The translations under genes were made by a program, and so were the position numbers. The notes beneath the pieces are model-generated. The model searched no databases. It was given only the letters and a program-made list of their open reading frames with translations, and was not told where the DNA came from. From Candidatus Saccharimonadales bacterium (GTDB taxonomy: Bacteria; Patescibacteriota; Saccharimonadia; Saccharimonadales; DATKHC01), in the NCBI GenBank assembly GCA_038317055.1, contig JBBQBA010000002.1:6106-70105 (forward strand): DNA of 64,000 nt. Reading direction: 5' to 3'. Position 1 is the first letter of the stretch. The number at the start of each line of letters is the position of its first letter. Shown here piece after piece: positions 48,662-56,882 of the stretch.

Positions 48662-51600
48662 TTATGGTCCACTGACTGTGATTTGAGTTACTGGACTTGA
48701 ATCTTGATCTGAGTTGTCTATAATCTGAATATTGTATTGACCAGGAGCACCTAAATTACTTCCGCTACAACTTTGAGAGGTAGTAGTACAATATGTTGTT
48801 CCGTTCGCCTGTACAGTGTACGGTCCACTTCCTCCGGTCCAACTAATTGTTGGATTGGAACCGGTTGTTGTTGGAGAAGTCATTGATGGTGTATTGATTA
48901 TTACTGACGCAGTATTTGCAGAATATAGAACACTGTCTACAACTTGCAATTGAATTGTATGTTGACTACCTAAATTATACGGGAAAGTACATTGTCCTGT
49001 CGCCGCACTTGCAGGACTAGATCCGTTTATATCTGGTGTAAAGCTACATGTTCCAGCAACTGACTTGCCGTCAATTAACACATTTATTTGTATTGGATAT
49101 TTATCGCTTGAAAGTGGGTGTGTGCCTTGCGCGACATTAACTCCTGCAGAACAAGTCGTACCATTACAAGTTATATTGGCAGATTGAAGGCTAATTGTTG
49201 GAAGTTGATCACCACATTGGTGTAATGTATCGTTTTGAGCAGTATTAAAGGTGCTTACAGTGCTGGGTTTATTTACAAAAGTATCAATCGAAAAGATATT
49301 AGAATTAGCCGTTGCACCAGCTCCCTTTTTTGCAAGTGTTGGCGTACAACTAGTAGCAAGATTTCCTGACACGATATCAATTGTGGCAGTTTTCCCGCTT
49401 AGTGAAGGGGGATTATACCATCCAGGATATATATCTTTACTTGGACTAGGTTCAACTGAACCAACACCTACGTGACCAGTCACAACATAAGCTGGGTCAG
49501 TTTTAATATCTGCAGGGGCAACCCAGTTATTTGGTTTAAGATCTTTATGTAGATAAGTCATCATTCCTCTAGCAAGTGGTTCAGTTAAGTACTCCATCCC
49601 ACCGGCAACTAAGGCGACCTGACGAGTATGATAACCGACCCAAGTTCCTACTGCGTATTGTGTAGAGAAGCTCATCATTAATCCATCGTAATTATCATTT
49701 GTTGTACCTGTCTTTACTGCAAAATCCCATCCGTTAGTATGCTGGAACTTATATGAAGCTGGTAAATAACTAGCATTTGGATCACTCAACATATTGTCGA
49801 CAATATATGAAGCATCTGGTTTAACTACCTGTTGAGGCTTTGGTTGAGTCCAGGTAAAAACGTTCTTATTGTTAGCATCAGTAATTTTTAGAATATAAGT
49901 TTGAGGAATGTAGTTCCCAAGTCTAGCATTTGTCGCAAACCCATTGACGTGTTCATCGAGTCTTAGGTATGCTCCGTCACCAATAGCGGCTGAAGCATAA
50001 CAAGGTGCTTTTTTAGTTAGTGCGGCATCATAAAAACAATTATAGCCGCTCTTTAGACCCATTTGCTCCGACAGATTGATTACTTTTGATTCCCCAGTAA
50101 TTAACATGGCTTTTACCGCCGGAACGTTTCTAGAACCAGCTAATGCATATCTCAGAGTTAGTGGTCCGGGATACTTGAAGTCATAGTCCTCTAAGCAATT
50201 ACCGGTGCCCTTAGGTGCTGGAAGAGTCTTATCGGTACATGGATAACCCGGAAGAGGGCCTTGCGTGTCATATAGTACTGAACCTGCTCCAGCATTATTA
50301 TTGTAGTTAATTAAACTAGTGTAGTCATATAACTTATAGCTAGATCCCGGATTAACTGGAATTGTGGCGTAGTTAATCTGACCATAACTCGGATTATTAA
50401 AGTCGACTCCACCAACTAATGCAGTAACTTGTCCAGTTGGAACATTTTCCACCACCATAGCTTCTTCATCACCAGCGTAATGCTTAACATTGGGTAAGTT
50501 TTTAGCTACTAAAGACTCAGCTTCTTGTTGTTGCGTGATATTCTCAGTTGTAATTACTTTCCATCCACCACGATTTACAGTGCTAGTACCAAATTGTTGC
50601 TGAAGTTGATTCTTGGCGGCTAATACAAAATAAGGAGATTGAATACCGGAATATTTAGACTGTTGTGGTTTTACTTCTGCCACAACATTTTCAGCAAGCG
50701 CAACTTTTTTCTGTGCACCAGTAATATAACCCTGTTTTTGCATTTCATTGAGTATGTATTCTGATCGTCCAGCTAGAGCTTGAGAATTAAAATTAGGACT
50801 ATATGGCGAATAATAGTCTGGTGATTGGGGAATTGCGGCAAGAAAAGCGGCTTGAGCGAGGTTAAGTTGCGACGCATTTATATGGAAATAATCCTGAGCA
50901 GCAGTTTGAACTCCATAATCTACACCTCCGTAGGGTGCAATATTAAGATAAGCTGCAAGAATGTCTGGCTTGGAATACTCACGTTCTAATTCTGATGCAA
51001 GTACAACTTCTTTAATCTTACGTATAATCGTTCGGTTATTAGTCCAATTTTCATTCAATTTAACCAGTTGCTGTGTAATTGTCGAACCACCTTGTAGCGC
51101 ACTGCCTGAACTGGTCGTATCATGATAAGCCGATCTAAGGATTGCTTTAACATCGAAAGCACCTTCATGATAAAAGTTTTTGTCTTCAATCGAAACGGTA
51201 GCATTCTTCATAAATGGTGATATGTCAGCTCCCGCAACAGGAACACGCTTAACGGCACTGTAATCTTGCCATAACACAGTTTTACCGGTGCTATCGTAAT
51301 AAGTGATGCTTCCACCTAAGTTTTGACCATATATATTGTTAATTTGTGGAAGATCTTTTCGTAGATATGCAAAAGCCCCTACAAGCAATATAAATAAAAC
51401 TACAACACCTATACCAAATACTTTGAGCGCCATAATAGCGCCTTCACGACTGAACCAATAATGATAAAGATTTGAAGGCTTCATTCTATATAAGAAACGC
51501 TTCATGTGAGTCTTGGGCATGCCCGCTAGTCGAGCAGCTTTATGGGTTTTCCAGGTATCTTTAAACCCCTTCATCTTTTGCGACATATTTTGATTTAATT

Positions 51601-51697
51601 TAATAGTCTGCCCACTTTTGGTTGTATATGTGTTACGACTGCGCCTACCAGTACTTGTACTCTTTGAACGAGAACTAGATTGTCTTGGTTTAGCCAT
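48662..51697 (-). CDS. Class A penicillin-binding protein (PBP1A type) with long terminal extensions
   Basis: Glycosyltransferase motifs (EDKNFYHEGAFD, GGSTITQQL, KIKE), a transpeptidase domain (SSYKLYDY = SxxK, SRN, KTGT), a ~90-aa basic N-terminal tail and a ~265-aa Cys-containing C-terminal region. Confidence 0.9.
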   Translation of the reverse strand: MAKPRQSSSRSKSTSTGRRSRNTYTTKSGQTIKLNQNMSQKMKGFKDTWKTHKAARLAGMPKTHMKRFLYRMKPSNLYHYWFSREGAIMALKVFGIGVVVLFILLVGAFAYLRKDLPQINNIYGQNLGGSITYYDSTGKTVLWQDYSAVKRVPVAGADISPFMKNATVSIEDKNFYHEGAFDVKAILRSAYHDTTSSGSALQGGSTITQQLVKLNENWTNNRTIIRKIKEVVLASELEREYSKPDILAAYLNIAPYGGVDYGVQTAAQDYFHINASQLNLAQAAFLAAIPQSPDYYSPYSPNFNSQALAGRSEYILNEMQKQGYITGAQKKVALAENVVAEVKPQQSKYSGIQSPYFVLAAKNQLQQQFGTSTVNRGGWKVITTENITQQQEAESLVAKNLPNVKHYAGDEEAMVVENVPTGQVTALVGGVDFNNPSYGQINYATIPVNPGSSYKLYDYTSLINYNNNAGAGSVLYDTQGPLPGYPCTDKTLPAPKGTGNCLEDYDFKYPGPLTLRYALAGSRNVPAVKAMLITGESKVINLSEQMGLKSGYNCFYDAALTKKAPCYASAAIGDGAYLRLDEHVNGFATNARLGNYIPQTYILKITDANNKNVFTWTQPKPQQVVKPDASYIVDNMLSDPNASYLPASYKFQHTNGWDFAVKTGTTNDNYDGLMMSFSTQYAVGTWVGYHTRQVALVAGGMEYLTEPLARGMMTYLHKDLKPNNWVAPADIKTDPAYVVTGHVGVGSVEPSPSKDIYPGWYNPPSLSGKTATIDIVSGNLATSCTPTLAKKGAGATANSNIFSIDTFVNKPSTVSTFNTAQNDTLHQCGDQLPTISLQSANITCNGTTCSAGVNVAQGTHPLSSDKYPIQINVLIDGKSVAGTCSFTPDINGSSPASAATGQCTFPYNLGSQHTIQLQVVDSVLYSANTASVIINTPSMTSPTTTGSNPTISWTGGSGPYTVQANGTTYCTTTSQSCSGSNLGAPGQYNIQIIDNSDQDSSPVTQITVSGP

Positions 51698-51832
51698 TAA
51701 TAGTTAAACACCTCTCGAATAAACGTATTCATTATAGTAAGTAATTATAGCAAAAACTTTCCTATTTCGCTTCAATAATCATGCCTTATAAATGTAAACT
51801 TATAAGAAAAGTTACGTTATACTGTCTAATAT

Positions 51833-53056
51833 ATGAGTAATATGACCCTTTCAGAAGAGTTAACTTGGCGTGGTTTTGTAAACCAAACTACTTACCCTAA
51901 GTTAGAAGATATTAACGTTGACAATTCAAAGTTCTATCACGGCTATGATGCTTCAGCTGATTCACTAACTATAGGAAATCTAGCTGCAGTAATGATGGAT
52001 AAATGCTTCATAAGACATGGACGAAATGGTGTCATATTAGCTGGAGGAGCAACAAGTTTAATTGGTGATCCAGGCGGCAAAGATAGTGAACGACCATTAC
52101 AGTCAGAAGAAACCATTCGTAAGAACGTAGCTAGTGTTAATTCTCAACTCAAAAGTCTTTTAGGCGAACAATTAGAATTTGTTAATAACCTAGATTGGTT
52201 TAGTGAGATGAACGTACTTACATTCTTAAGGGAGGTCGGTAAATACTTTTCCGTTACTCCATTAATCCAACGTGATTATATTTCAAAAAGAATTGGTGAG
52301 GGTGGTAGCGGCATAAGTTTTACCGAGCTTGGTTATACGCTATTACAGGGATACGATTACCTCGAGTTATTTGAAAAGTATAATGTCAGATTACAATTGT
52401 CGGGCAGTGACCAATGGGGTAATTCACTTTCAGGCGTGGAGTTGGTTAAAAAAGCCAAGAATCAAACAGTAAATGTTTTCACTTGTCCACTTATAGTTAA
52501 TAAGTCAACTGGTAAGAAATTTGGCAAAAGTGAATCAGGGGCAGTATGGCTAGATGTTAATAAGACTCCTGTTTTAGATTTCTACCAATTTTGGATTAAG
52601 CTAGATGATGCAGGAGTAGAGGGCTATTTAAAAGTTTTTACTGAACTAGATAAAGACTCAATTGACGAAGTAATAGTTAAACATAAATCAAACCCATCAG
52701 GAAGACACGCTCAAACTGTCCTTGCTGATGAAGTTACAAAACTAGTTCACGGTGAAGTTGAGGTCGAAAAAGCCCGTCAAGCAACTAAAGCACTAGTTAC
52801 GGGTGGAATGGATCACGATGGACTATCTCGGATAACAACAAAACTACCTATAACAATTATTGAGCTTTTAGTAAATTCCGAACTAGTATCATCAAAAAGT
52901 GAAGCACGCCGTTTGATCGAAAGCGGTGGTATATATGTGAATGGAACAGCATATTCAAAAGATGAGATTGAAGTTGAAGATTTTAAAGACAGCAAATTAA
53001 TATTAAGACGTGGAAAAGCAATTAATAATTCAGTGGTAATTGAGCTTGAAGCGTAA
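51833..53056 (+). CDS. tyrS: Tyrosine--tRNA ligase with TIGN in place of HIGH
   Basis: It aligns by eye along its full length to bacterial TyrRS (WRGFVNQTT, GGATSLIGDPGGK, GSDQWGN, KFGKSESG as the KMSKS loop, C-terminal S4 domain). The HIGH position reads TIGN (nt 51968-51979). Confidence 0.9.
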   Translation: MSNMTLSEELTWRGFVNQTTYPKLEDINVDNSKFYHGYDASADSLTIGNLAAVMMDKCFIRHGRNGVILAGGATSLIGDPGGKDSERPLQSEETIRKNVASVNSQLKSLLGEQLEFVNNLDWFSEMNVLTFLREVGKYFSVTPLIQRDYISKRIGEGGSGISFTELGYTLLQGYDYLELFEKYNVRLQLSGSDQWGNSLSGVELVKKAKNQTVNVFTCPLIVNKSTGKKFGKSESGAVWLDVNKTPVLDFYQFWIKLDDAGVEGYLKVFTELDKDSIDEVIVKHKSNPSGRHAQTVLADEVTKLVHGEVEVEKARQATKALVTGGMDHDGLSRITTKLPITIIELLVNSELVSSKSEARRLIESGGIYVNGTAYSKDEIEVEDFKDSKLILRRGKAINNSVVIELEA

Positions 53057-53080
53057 TCTGATATACTACTTTTTGTATCT

Positions 53081-53854
53081 ATGACAAAAACTAAAACATT
53101 AACCCGTAAAGCTGACCAATATAACGACCCAAACCATAATTATCTAGATTACTGGAAGGGTAGAGAATACGAAAATGCAGCTGAGGAAATTGCTATCAAG
53201 CGTTTTTTAAAAGGAAAACATTTTAAGCATGCAGTCGATGTAGGTGGTGGCTATGGACGACTATGTATTCTTTACGAGAATTATGCCGATAAAGTTACAT
53301 TAGCAGAACCCTCCGACCAACAATTGGATCTTGCTGCCGACTATTTAAAGAATAATCCTGAAATCGAGCGTAAAAAGCTTCAAGCCAACAATCTACCTTT
53401 TGAAGATGGTTCTATTGACCTACTGTCTATGATTAGAGTTATGCATCATTTACCAGATCCTATGCCAGAGTTTCGTGAATTTGCCAGGGTTTTATCGGAT
53501 GATGGATACTTCATATTAGAGATTGCAAATTATACTCATTTTGAAAATCGTATTAAACACATGTTACAGATGAAAAAATTTCCTGATGAACCAGTAGATA
53601 TTCGATCACGTAAAAATAAACGTGAAGAAGAAATTGCTTTCGTTAACCATAACCCCAGAACAGTCCTAAAGCAACTAGCTCATGTTAATCTCAAAGTTGA
53701 TAAAATTCTATCAGTATCTAATTTGCGTAGCCCTGGACTGAAAAAAATTATTCCTCGCTCGTTAATGCTTAAAGCGGAACAAGTTATGCAACCAACTTTA
53801 GCAAAATCTTACTTCGGCCCAAGCGTCTTTTTTCTTATAAAAAAAGCACATTAA
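53081..53854 (+). CDS. Class I SAM-dependent methyltransferase
   Basis: Motif I VDVGGGYGRL. Target unknown. Confidence 0.75.
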   Translation: MTKTKTLTRKADQYNDPNHNYLDYWKGREYENAAEEIAIKRFLKGKHFKHAVDVGGGYGRLCILYENYADKVTLAEPSDQQLDLAADYLKNNPEIERKKLQANNLPFEDGSIDLLSMIRVMHHLPDPMPEFREFARVLSDDGYFILEIANYTHFENRIKHMLQMKKFPDEPVDIRSRKNKREEEIAFVNHNPRTVLKQLAHVNLKVDKILSVSNLRSPGLKKIIPRSLMLKAEQVMQPTLAKSYFGPSVFFLIKKAH

Positions 53855-54036
53855 ACAAATTTTAGAATTTAAAACTTTGTAATCAAATAATTTTATTCAA
53901 ACGCAATATTCAGAGAACAAATAATTGATAACTTATGCATGAGTATTTTAATATTTTATCTCTAAAACAAACATTGCATTCAAGCATGTGCGTGTTAACA
54001 TGAAATAGTGAAGTAGTCAAAAATAAAAGGAAAACT

Positions 54037-55263
54037 ATGAAAAAAATTAAAATTATTCTAGGTAATGATAGAGGATTCGGCCATCACTACATCCTAGGAG
54101 TGATTGTCATCGCAGTATTAGCATTAGCTGGTGTCCGAGTTTATCAAGCTTCTCATGCTTCCCCAACTTCTGTACATAAATGTCTGGGTGATCCATCAGT
54201 ACAAATTGAAGCTCTACCGGCCGGTGGAACCTGGAACGGTAATGGAAAATGTTATAAATTAGCAAATGGAAATGGTATAGCAGTAAAAACTTCTGGAATT
54301 ACAATTGAAAACGCTACCATACTTGACCCTATAAGATTTAGAAAAAATGTTTGCGGTGATTGTTTACATATATCTCCGATTATCTCGGTATCCTATACAG
54401 CTAGTAACGTTACGCTCAGTAACTTAACTTTAGAAGGTAGTCGAAATATTACAGGATACCGTGGACGTCCATGGGTTGGTGAGGAAGGTATTAAATTAAA
54501 TGGTCCATATAACACGACGATTAACAATGTTATTACGGAAAATACTTTCGGAGATGGGCTAGAAGTTGGACTTGCTCCACACAAGAGCGTGACTACTAAT
54601 TTAATCGTAAATGGGCTTACAGTTTATAAAACTGGACGAGACGCAGTTACTCTAGCAGCAGCTGATCATGCAACTTTTAATAACATAAATCTAGTTGGTC
54701 CTGTTCCCTTTGAGGCTTGGGGATTTCAGAGCGACATACCATATGGTGTAAGTAATGTGACTGTCAATAATGCTACCGGGCCTGCCGGCGGTGTTTACAT
54801 GGACGAATTACTCCAAGGACCGGTTACTTTTAATAATGCTAATTTACCTGGTGTACTAATTACAGGCAGTGCAGCAGCAAGTTCAGGACAAACTGTTACT
54901 TTTAACGGTGGCAAAATAAATGAAAGATGCGATTCTCATCGAACTTCAGATATCGAAATGGATAGTAAAGTGTTAGTCAAGGCGAGCAGCCAGGTTGTTA
55001 AACCTGCAACGCTATCTTTAAATAATCTAACATTGGATCGTCAAACTTGTAACGTTGGCAAGTCGCCTAAATCTCCCGCATGGTTTGTTCAGCAAGGAGG
55101 TACTATAAACCTTTCAAACGTAAAATACGTCGCTCCTATCGGTGGGGTTGGTGACAATCAATCACATATTAAATTATCGAATGTCGTGCAAATCCCTTAC
55201 ACTTCTGGGGTACAAGGAACATACACCACACTAGACACTCCAGCAGCGCTAGACGGTAACTAA
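54037..55263 (+). CDS. Membrane-anchored/secreted right-handed parallel beta-helix repeat protein
   Basis: An N-terminal TM or signal anchor (YILGVIVIAVLALAGV), then repeated ~22-25-aa units with N[VI]T[LV].N patterns (ASNVTLSNLTLEG, NTTINNVITEN, TTNLIVNGLTVY, ATFNNINLVG, VSNVTVNNATG). These are typical of pectate-lyase-like or tailspike-like folds. Confidence 0.6.
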   Translation: MKKIKIILGNDRGFGHHYILGVIVIAVLALAGVRVYQASHASPTSVHKCLGDPSVQIEALPAGGTWNGNGKCYKLANGNGIAVKTSGITIENATILDPIRFRKNVCGDCLHISPIISVSYTASNVTLSNLTLEGSRNITGYRGRPWVGEEGIKLNGPYNTTINNVITENTFGDGLEVGLAPHKSVTTNLIVNGLTVYKTGRDAVTLAAADHATFNNINLVGPVPFEAWGFQSDIPYGVSNVTVNNATGPAGGVYMDELLQGPVTFNNANLPGVLITGSAAASSGQTVTFNGGKINERCDSHRTSDIEMDSKVLVKASSQVVKPATLSLNNLTLDRQTCNVGKSPKSPAWFVQQGGTINLSNVKYVAPIGGVGDNQSHIKLSNVVQIPYTSGVQGTYTTLDTPAALDGN

Positions 55264-55305
55264 ATAATTATAAAGTGTTTTCGAAAATACTTATGTAAAG
55301 TAATT

Positions 55306-55319
55306 ACATGTCAGTTTGG
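55306..55319. repeat. Left terminal inverted repeat
   Basis: ACATGTCAGTTTGG, the exact reverse complement of 55951-55964. Confidence 0.8.
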
Positions 55320-55332
55320 GTGAAGGCCAAAG

Positions 55333-55387
55333 GCCGGGGGTGAGGTTGTGTGAACTCATAGGAGTACGCAAAACCTCACCACCCGGC
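55333..55387 (-). other. GC-rich 15-bp hairpin with one bulged base, downstream of the cassette ORF
   Basis: GCCGGGGGTGAGGTT (55333-55347) pairs with AACCTCACC-A-CCCGGC (55372-55387) around a 24-nt loop. It starts 21 nt after the stop of the minus-strand ORF and has no clear U-tract. Confidence 0.5.
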
Positions 55388-55407
55388 GAACTTGGCTAGC
55401 CGAGTAC

Positions 55408-55836
55408 TTAGGCCGAATATGTATCTATGAAGGGCTTCTGATAAGCAGGATGCCTCGGTGGTCCCGTTAGAATGGTGACCTTGACGGTCCATTCACATGA
55501 TCCTTGTGGATGTTGGACACCGCAGGTATCTTGCTTATTAGGTAGCAGTGCATACAGATGAACTGAACCGAATTCCTTTTGAAACATATGGCTACCACGA
55601 CCACCTTGATTGCTAGTCCACGAAATGTGTACCTGCCACCATGATCCAGAAGAAGCCTTTGGCAATGTGACAATTGCTTCTTCGGACTGGTATTGGGTAC
55701 TGAAAGTGAACTGAACTGGTTGTGTGGCGGAGGGTTGAATCGAAGCAGCTTGAGCAGGATTTGCGTTTGACAGTAAGACGAACGACACAATTGATATTGT
55801 GGCAACAGACAGCAGTAATTTACGCATTATAATCAT
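55408..55836 (-). CDS. Small secreted protein, hypothetical (142 aa)
   Basis: AAAGGAGAG Shine-Dalgarno 3 nt before the ATG. The signal peptide ends ...LLSNANPAQA-AS. The mature part is rich in W, H and Q, with two Cys (CGVQHPQGSC). No recognisable family. Confidence 0.6.
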   Translation of the reverse strand: MIIMRKLLLSVATISIVSFVLLSNANPAQAASIQPSATQPVQFTFSTQYQSEEAIVTLPKASSGSWWQVHISWTSNQGGRGSHMFQKEFGSVHLYALLPNKQDTCGVQHPQGSCEWTVKVTILTGPPRHPAYQKPFIDTYSA

Positions 55837-55950
55837 GATCTCTCCTTTGTTGGTTTCAGATACTTGATATATTCATGCACCTACATTCCACTTCCTCTAG
55901 GATGCGGACAGCGAACTTTTATTTTGAAAGCTCATTGACCGCACCCTAAT

Positions 55951-55964
55951 CCAAACTGACATGT
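55951..55964. repeat. Right terminal inverted repeat
   Basis: CCAAACTGACATGT, the exact reverse complement of 55306-55319. Confidence 0.8.
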
Positions 55965-56278
55965 TAAGGTACCACCTGAGAAAATCTCTCAGAAGTAGTA
56001 ATATAAGTATAACATAAAAAAGGTAAAAAATCAAGAATAACTGTAACTTATATAGTGTCAGGTGAGCTTTGCTATAAATCAGTTGAAACGAAATTAGCCA
56101 GGTATAGAATTTAATTTATTGTAAACATCGTGGGTAATATTTAATATATTAAGGTGTTTTATTCTTTCATTTATTAATTCAGACACCAATTCAAAAGCTA
56201 ATCATTTTAATTATATCTGGTACAAATAATGTAACATGCTGTGATCTACTCGAGATTTTTGATTAATCTTTATTTGAT

Positions 56279-56767
56279 TTAATCTCTAAACACTAATTTC
56301 GTAAGAAATCCTGGCTTTCGATTAATTGGAAGTACAAGGATAGAATTAATATGTGCAAAATTGGCACCTATCGAATCATTGATAATTCTATCTCCGACCA
56401 TAGCAATGTGAGTAGGTTCAGTATCGGCAAATTTAATAATTTTTCTATAGTAACTACTTAGTGGTTTAAATGAAAATATAGTTGGGCGGATGACTTGGGT
56501 ATTGAAATGTTTGGTAATAGAATCGAGGTTTCGTCTCGAATTACTTCCAATAATGATTCTTATACCTGATTTATCTATTTTATTTAAGTGAATAATATAA
56601 TCTTTAGATAAAGTTGATTTTCGTTTAGGTACTAGTGTTTCGTCTATATCAAAAACAATGTGTGTTATACCAAGTTTAAATAGATCACTTGGTTTAATTT
56701 CTAAAACTGATGAAACGACGTAATTTGGATAAAATATCGATGATTTGTTAATTTTTCTCATGCTCAC
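56279..56767 (-). CDS. YqeG-family HAD-IIIA phosphatase
   Basis: IVFDIDETLVP (DxDxT), GSNS, MVGDRIINDS. Confidence 0.8.
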   Translation of the reverse strand: MSMRKINKSSIFYPNYVVSSVLEIKPSDLFKLGITHIVFDIDETLVPKRKSTLSKDYIIHLNKIDKSGIRIIIGSNSRRNLDSITKHFNTQVIRPTIFSFKPLSSYYRKIIKFADTEPTHIAMVGDRIINDSIGANFAHINSILVLPINRKPGFLTKLVFRD

Positions 56768-56882
56768 CTAATAATAACCTAGACAATAATATATGTTAAC
56801 GGAACTAAAATTATGAAGTTAAGAATTGTAAATCAATGATTACGGCCACTACATACAGATTAGTCTATACTTATGAATACAA

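Larger units (their letters stand above)
55306..55964. mobile_element. Candidate non-autonomous cassette: 659 bp bounded by perfect 14-bp terminal inverted repeats, carrying one secreted-protein gene
   Basis: ACATGTCAGTTTGG (55306-55319) is the exact reverse complement of CCAAACTGACATGT (55951-55964). If the repeats are read as 13 bp, TTA flanks both ends (55304-55306 and 55964-55966). Internal GC is about 43-52% in four hand-counted 60-nt lines, against about 33% in the adjacent yqeG line. No transposase is present. Confidence 0.4.

Noticed and set aside
51698-51832. Possible T-box riboswitch upstream of tyrS, as in Firmicutes.
   Set aside because: The gap is only 135 nt. I see no specifier-loop or T-box consensus sequence and no terminator/antiterminator pair.
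55333-55387. The bulged hairpin after the cassette ORF as an integron attC site.
   Set aside because: Neither orientation shows acceptable R'' (RYYYAAC) or R' (GTTRRRY) core sites at the base of the stem. No intI or attI is present, and no array of cassettes is visible.
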